Source: Centroscyllium fabricii
Lineage: Eukaryota
Assembly (NCBI GenBank): GCA_051313645.2
Contig: JBNRSN020000002.1
Coordinates: forward strand, 577,220,001-577,284,000
Direction of reading: 5' to 3'
DNA: 64,000 nt
In this document: one piece after another, positions 60,465-64,000 of the stretch
Numbering within the stretch: the first letter of the stretch is position 1
How the letters are laid out: every line of letters begins with the position of its first letter
The notes under the pieces: model-generated
Told to the model about the DNA's origin: nothing
The model's input: the letters and a program-made list of their open reading frames with translations, nothing else
Database searches by the model: none
Program-made: the position numbers and the translations under genes

Positions 60465-60890
60465 TTATTATTCGTTGATGGGATGTGGGCGTCGCTGGCT
60501 GGCTAGGCCTGCATTTAGTGCCCATCCCTAATTGCCCTCGAGAAGATGGTGGTGAGCCGCCGCCTTGAACCGCTGCAGTCCATACAGTGTAGGTACACCC
60601 ACAATGTTGCGTAGCGTTTTTTTTACAACTGGAGTGGCTCGCTGGGCCATTTCAGAGGGCATTAAGAGTCAACCACATTGCTGTGGGTCTGGAGTCACAT
60701 GTAGGCCAGACCAGGTAAGGACGGCAGATTTCCTTCCCTAAAGGACATCCGTGAACCAGATGGGTTTTTGCAACAATCGACAGTGGTATCATGGCCGCCA
60801 TTACTAAGACTAACATTTAATTCCAGAATTAAATTGAATTGAATTTAAATTCCACCAGCTGCCGTGGTTCGATTTGAACCCATATCCTCA
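60465..60890 (-). mobile_element. Third-family tRNA-SINE
   Basis: Tail matches the LINE 3' end at 53822-53960; B-box-like gatttgaaccc at the right end. Confidence 0.82.
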
Positions 60891-60924
60891 GAGCATTTGA
60901 CTGAGCCTGATTGCTTCTTAATCT

Positions 60925-61470
60925 GCTCCTTTCAAGGCTGGAAAACCCGCGTTTCCTCAATCTTCCCTCATAACTCCGTTCTCTGGGTTCAGGCTCATGG
61001 TTCTTCGTTAAGCTGCCTCCAGGGCTTGAATGTCCGCCCTGTGTTTTGGTGAGCAGACCTGGACGCAATGCTCAAGCTGCACTCTGACCAGGGCACTGTA
61101 CAGTTTGAGCATACTGTCCTTCGACTTGCACTCCATGGTTTCATCTATTCGCTTTCAAACAGTTCAGAGTGTGGCTGCGGGCTTTAGCAAGTGGCATCAC
61201 CGTACCAGTGTAAAGTGACATAATTCAAGCATTGATCCACCTGCACATTCCGACAGGTTCATTGACATGGTTATAACTTTAAGATCACACAGCACTGAAG
61301 GAGGCAATCGGCCCATTGTACCTCTGCTGGCTCTTTGAACGAGCTCTCCAATTCGTCCCACTCCCCCCGCTCTTTCCCCAGAGCCCTGCAAATTTTTCCC
61401 CTGCTAGTATTTCTCCAATTCCCTTTTGAAAGTTACTATTGAATCTGCTTCCACCGCCCTTTCAGGCAGC
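60925..61470 (-). mobile_element. Old CR1 fragments
   Basis: SYEGRLRKRGFSSLERSRLRS remnant; tail remnant at 61285-61470. Confidence 0.6.
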
Positions 61471-61705
61471 ACAACCATTTGTATTTAATACTTGTGTTTC
61501 TTGTGGTATTTTTGTGTGAAGTTTAAACTACAGAAACATTGTTTAGCTCTTCTATTAAAATAAATTGTGTGCAGTTCACTGATTTATCCCTCAGTTGGAT
61601 TCTCTTTCAAAATTCGCTAAAGTAAAGCTCAATGTCTATTTTTGTTCTGTATCGTATCTATGCATTTGATAAACGAGCGTTTTCCTTTCTTCCCCTCCTC
61701 CGCAG

Positions 61706-61844
61706 TGTGCTTTGCTCTATACCAGTTGCAGTGGACAGAGGAGGTTACGTATACACAACCTGTCCCTTAATTGTTGTACTCAGCTTGCTGACCTGTACAG
61801 AAACTGTGAGACTGACACACTAATCAACTTCTTTGTGAAACTGG
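61706..61844 (+). CDS. SEC24C: SEC24C coding exon 18
   Basis: ccgcag| [46 protein letters not shown] |gtaagc. Confidence 0.96.
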
Positions 61845-63527
61845 GTAAGCTGCTGCCGGGACTCTGCCTCACGTCTGTTACAGAAATTGCCTTGATACAG
61901 AGGACAGTGAGCGGGGCTCGGTGTCTACTGTGCTGAGCTAGCCTTGGACAATAATGCTGCGTGAGCTCGCTGATCGCAGTGGGCTGACGTTCAGAGTGCG
62001 ACAGTCTCGCTGTCCCTGGGCAGGGGAGGGAAGGTCAGTTGGTCAGGACTCTAGCCCCTGATCGCTATCCCGGGATGTCTCTTGGGCAGTGTGCGTGTAT
62101 AGATCTCGGGTGAGGATCGGATCGGGTGTGGCCGTGATGTCCTGCAGTTTTAATAGCCTGGCCGGACTGACTGCCGAGGCCCACAGGTGAATAACAGTGG
62201 TACCTGAAGAGGTACCTGAAGAGGCCTGGGTGCCACAGACGTGGCCTCCAGTTGACACCTTTGGGAGGGAAGGGGAGAGAATTAGCAGAGAAAGGAGATG
62301 GAAAATGATCCTGCAGTTGACTATAGAAAGCATTCAACAAACTCCACGGCTGGAATCTAGTCTCTGGTTTCAAATAATTGTCAGCTACTCGAGGTTTGTA
62401 ATCACCTGCAAAATCTTACTACCCTGAAATTCAATTCCATTTGCAGTTTTATAATGCACCCTACACAAGTCTTAATCTGTGAGTATCCTGAAAAATCCTG
62501 GAGATTTGTCTAACTTGGGGTGGAAAAGTGTAATGCTGTTTTTTAATCTTGTTCTCCAGCCATTATTTAGATGCTTGTCATTTAGCAGGTTGGTTTCAAA
62601 TGACTGCCTTTAATACAAGCTCATGTTTCCTTGAACAAAACTCGTGTCAAATGCAATAATTCTCTGTAAAGGTGTCCGAGTCCCTTGCAGAATATGTCTG
62701 TGAGGAGGCTGTTGATGCTTTAGTGAGAACCAATAAACAATGCATCTTAATGTCAAAGTCAGCAGTCCAGTCAGTAGCTCTTGTATATTGATACTCCCTT
62801 TAATACCTTGAACCACAAATTAATTTTAGATTTAAAGTTCCAGATTACAGTAGGAACAGTTATATTTGTTTAAGGTAGTTTACAACTGCTAAAAACTTTG
62901 CTTGTGGGCTGAATTTTTTTACTGTTTAATATTATCATGATCCTATTATTAATATGTAATGCGTCAGCACTTTTACAAACTATAGAGCGATTTAGGGAAC
63001 AGATGAAGCTTCCTGTTTCTTAAATTTGGTTACATGTAAAATTATTTGCCATAAAATTTGTGTTTCTTTATAAACAGTCTCCTGAAAAGCTTGTGTACCG
63101 GTTCTAATTAACCATTAGTGCGGATGGGTTAGTGGGAACATGAACATAGCATGCTGTTCCCATCAAATATCTTTCGTTCCCATCTCTGATATTTTTATAG
63201 CGAATAAATGAAAGTATTCAAAGAAAATGAACAACATTTTTTTTAATGATTTTTCTTCTGAGTTTGCTGGCAGCAGTATCCAGGAGATTAATGTTTAATT
63301 CCTGGCGACTCAATCCTGGAGTGTTGGCAGCTCCTTGGAAATAAACCATGCTTGTGTCCTAGTGGGAGACCTCAAGCTTTTTAGTTCCATTCCAGCGGAT
63401 GAAAAACTGGTTTAAGTGTTGAGATTTGTCTGCAGAACAAGTGTAAAGTTTTTAAACCGTGCGTTCCGTGTCTGACATGCCGCCACAGTTGGTTTAACAC
63501 GAGAAACACATTGTCTCATGTTTGCAG

Positions 63528-63646
63528 CATATCGTGGTGTCCTGAACAATCCCACAAAGACCGTACGAGACAGCTTAATTAACCAGTCAGCTCAGATTCT
63601 CGCCTGCTACCGCAAGAATTGTGCAAGTCCATCATCAGCTGGACAG
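63528..63646 (+). CDS. SEC24C: SEC24C coding exon 19
   Basis: tttgcag| YRGVLNNPTKTVRDSLINQSAQILACYRKNCASPSSAGQ |gtaaga. Confidence 0.96.
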
Positions 63647-64000
63647 GTAAGACACTAGTCCTGCTTGCAGATCTTTGTTTTTAGGCCGTCACATCAAATG
63701 ACATGTTAGTTTGAGCGAATCGTAGAATGGTTACAGCACGGCAGAAGGCCGTTCGGCCCATCAAGCCCATGCAAATTTGAACACAAACTGGCCGCTTTGA
63801 AAGATGCCTGCACTGTTGGGATGGAAGGAATTCCGAATTAGCAGCATTAGGGAATTTTTGGTCCTGAATTGGCAACCATGAACAAAACTGATCTCTCCCC
63901 CTGTTCTCAGTGCATGTGCTTTCTGACCGTGAATTAGAAACAATCTCTGACTGCGTATTGCACAGCACAGGCTGTGGGACACCTCAACAACTGCTAAAAG

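Larger units (their letters stand above)
2738..63646 (+). other. SEC24C: SEC24C gene body (COPII coat protein Sec24C), 19 coding exons in window; 3' end beyond window
   Basis: Spliced translation is colinear with vertebrate SEC24C: Pro/Gln-rich N-terminus, DPDxIPSP, zinc finger, trunk/vWA, beta-sandwich and start of helical domain. All introns are GT-AG with matching phases. Confidence 0.97.

Noticed and set aside
2738-63646. Assignment as SEC24D
   Set aside because: The N-terminal motifs (GQPQP, GQGDVQNGP, MQISG) and the 23-aa cassette match SEC24C better.

Overview
Vertebrate genomic DNA, most likely from a cartilaginous fish (shark-type V-SINE/HE1, Deu-SINE and CR1 repeats). The window holds most of one + strand gene, SEC24C (COPII cargo adaptor). 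It has 19 coding exons from the ATG at 2738 to 63646, all GT-AG and phase-consistent, including a 69-nt cassette exon. The 5' UTR exon(s) and C-terminal exons lie outside the window. Introns are filled with CR1, L2-like, RTE and Rex1 LINEs, three SINE families, Penelope-like inverted elements carrying minimal hammerhead ribozyme motifs, a hAT MITE, an unclassified element with ~235-bp TIRs, a probable solo LTR and large minisatellites. The most notable finding is a family of six TA-flanked Tigger/pogo-like non-autonomous elements with exchangeable GC-rich interiors. One copy (45135-45816) has captured the first coding exon and intron-1 donor of ACTR2 (MDSHGRKVVVCDNGTG|gtaggt). This fragment is in sense orientation and in phase with the next SEC24C exon, and 'empty' sister copies lie nearby. 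Most long ORFs in the supplied track are repeat or N-gap artefacts. Repeat boundaries are approximate unless a TSD is given; family and gene assignments come from recalled sequences, not database searches.
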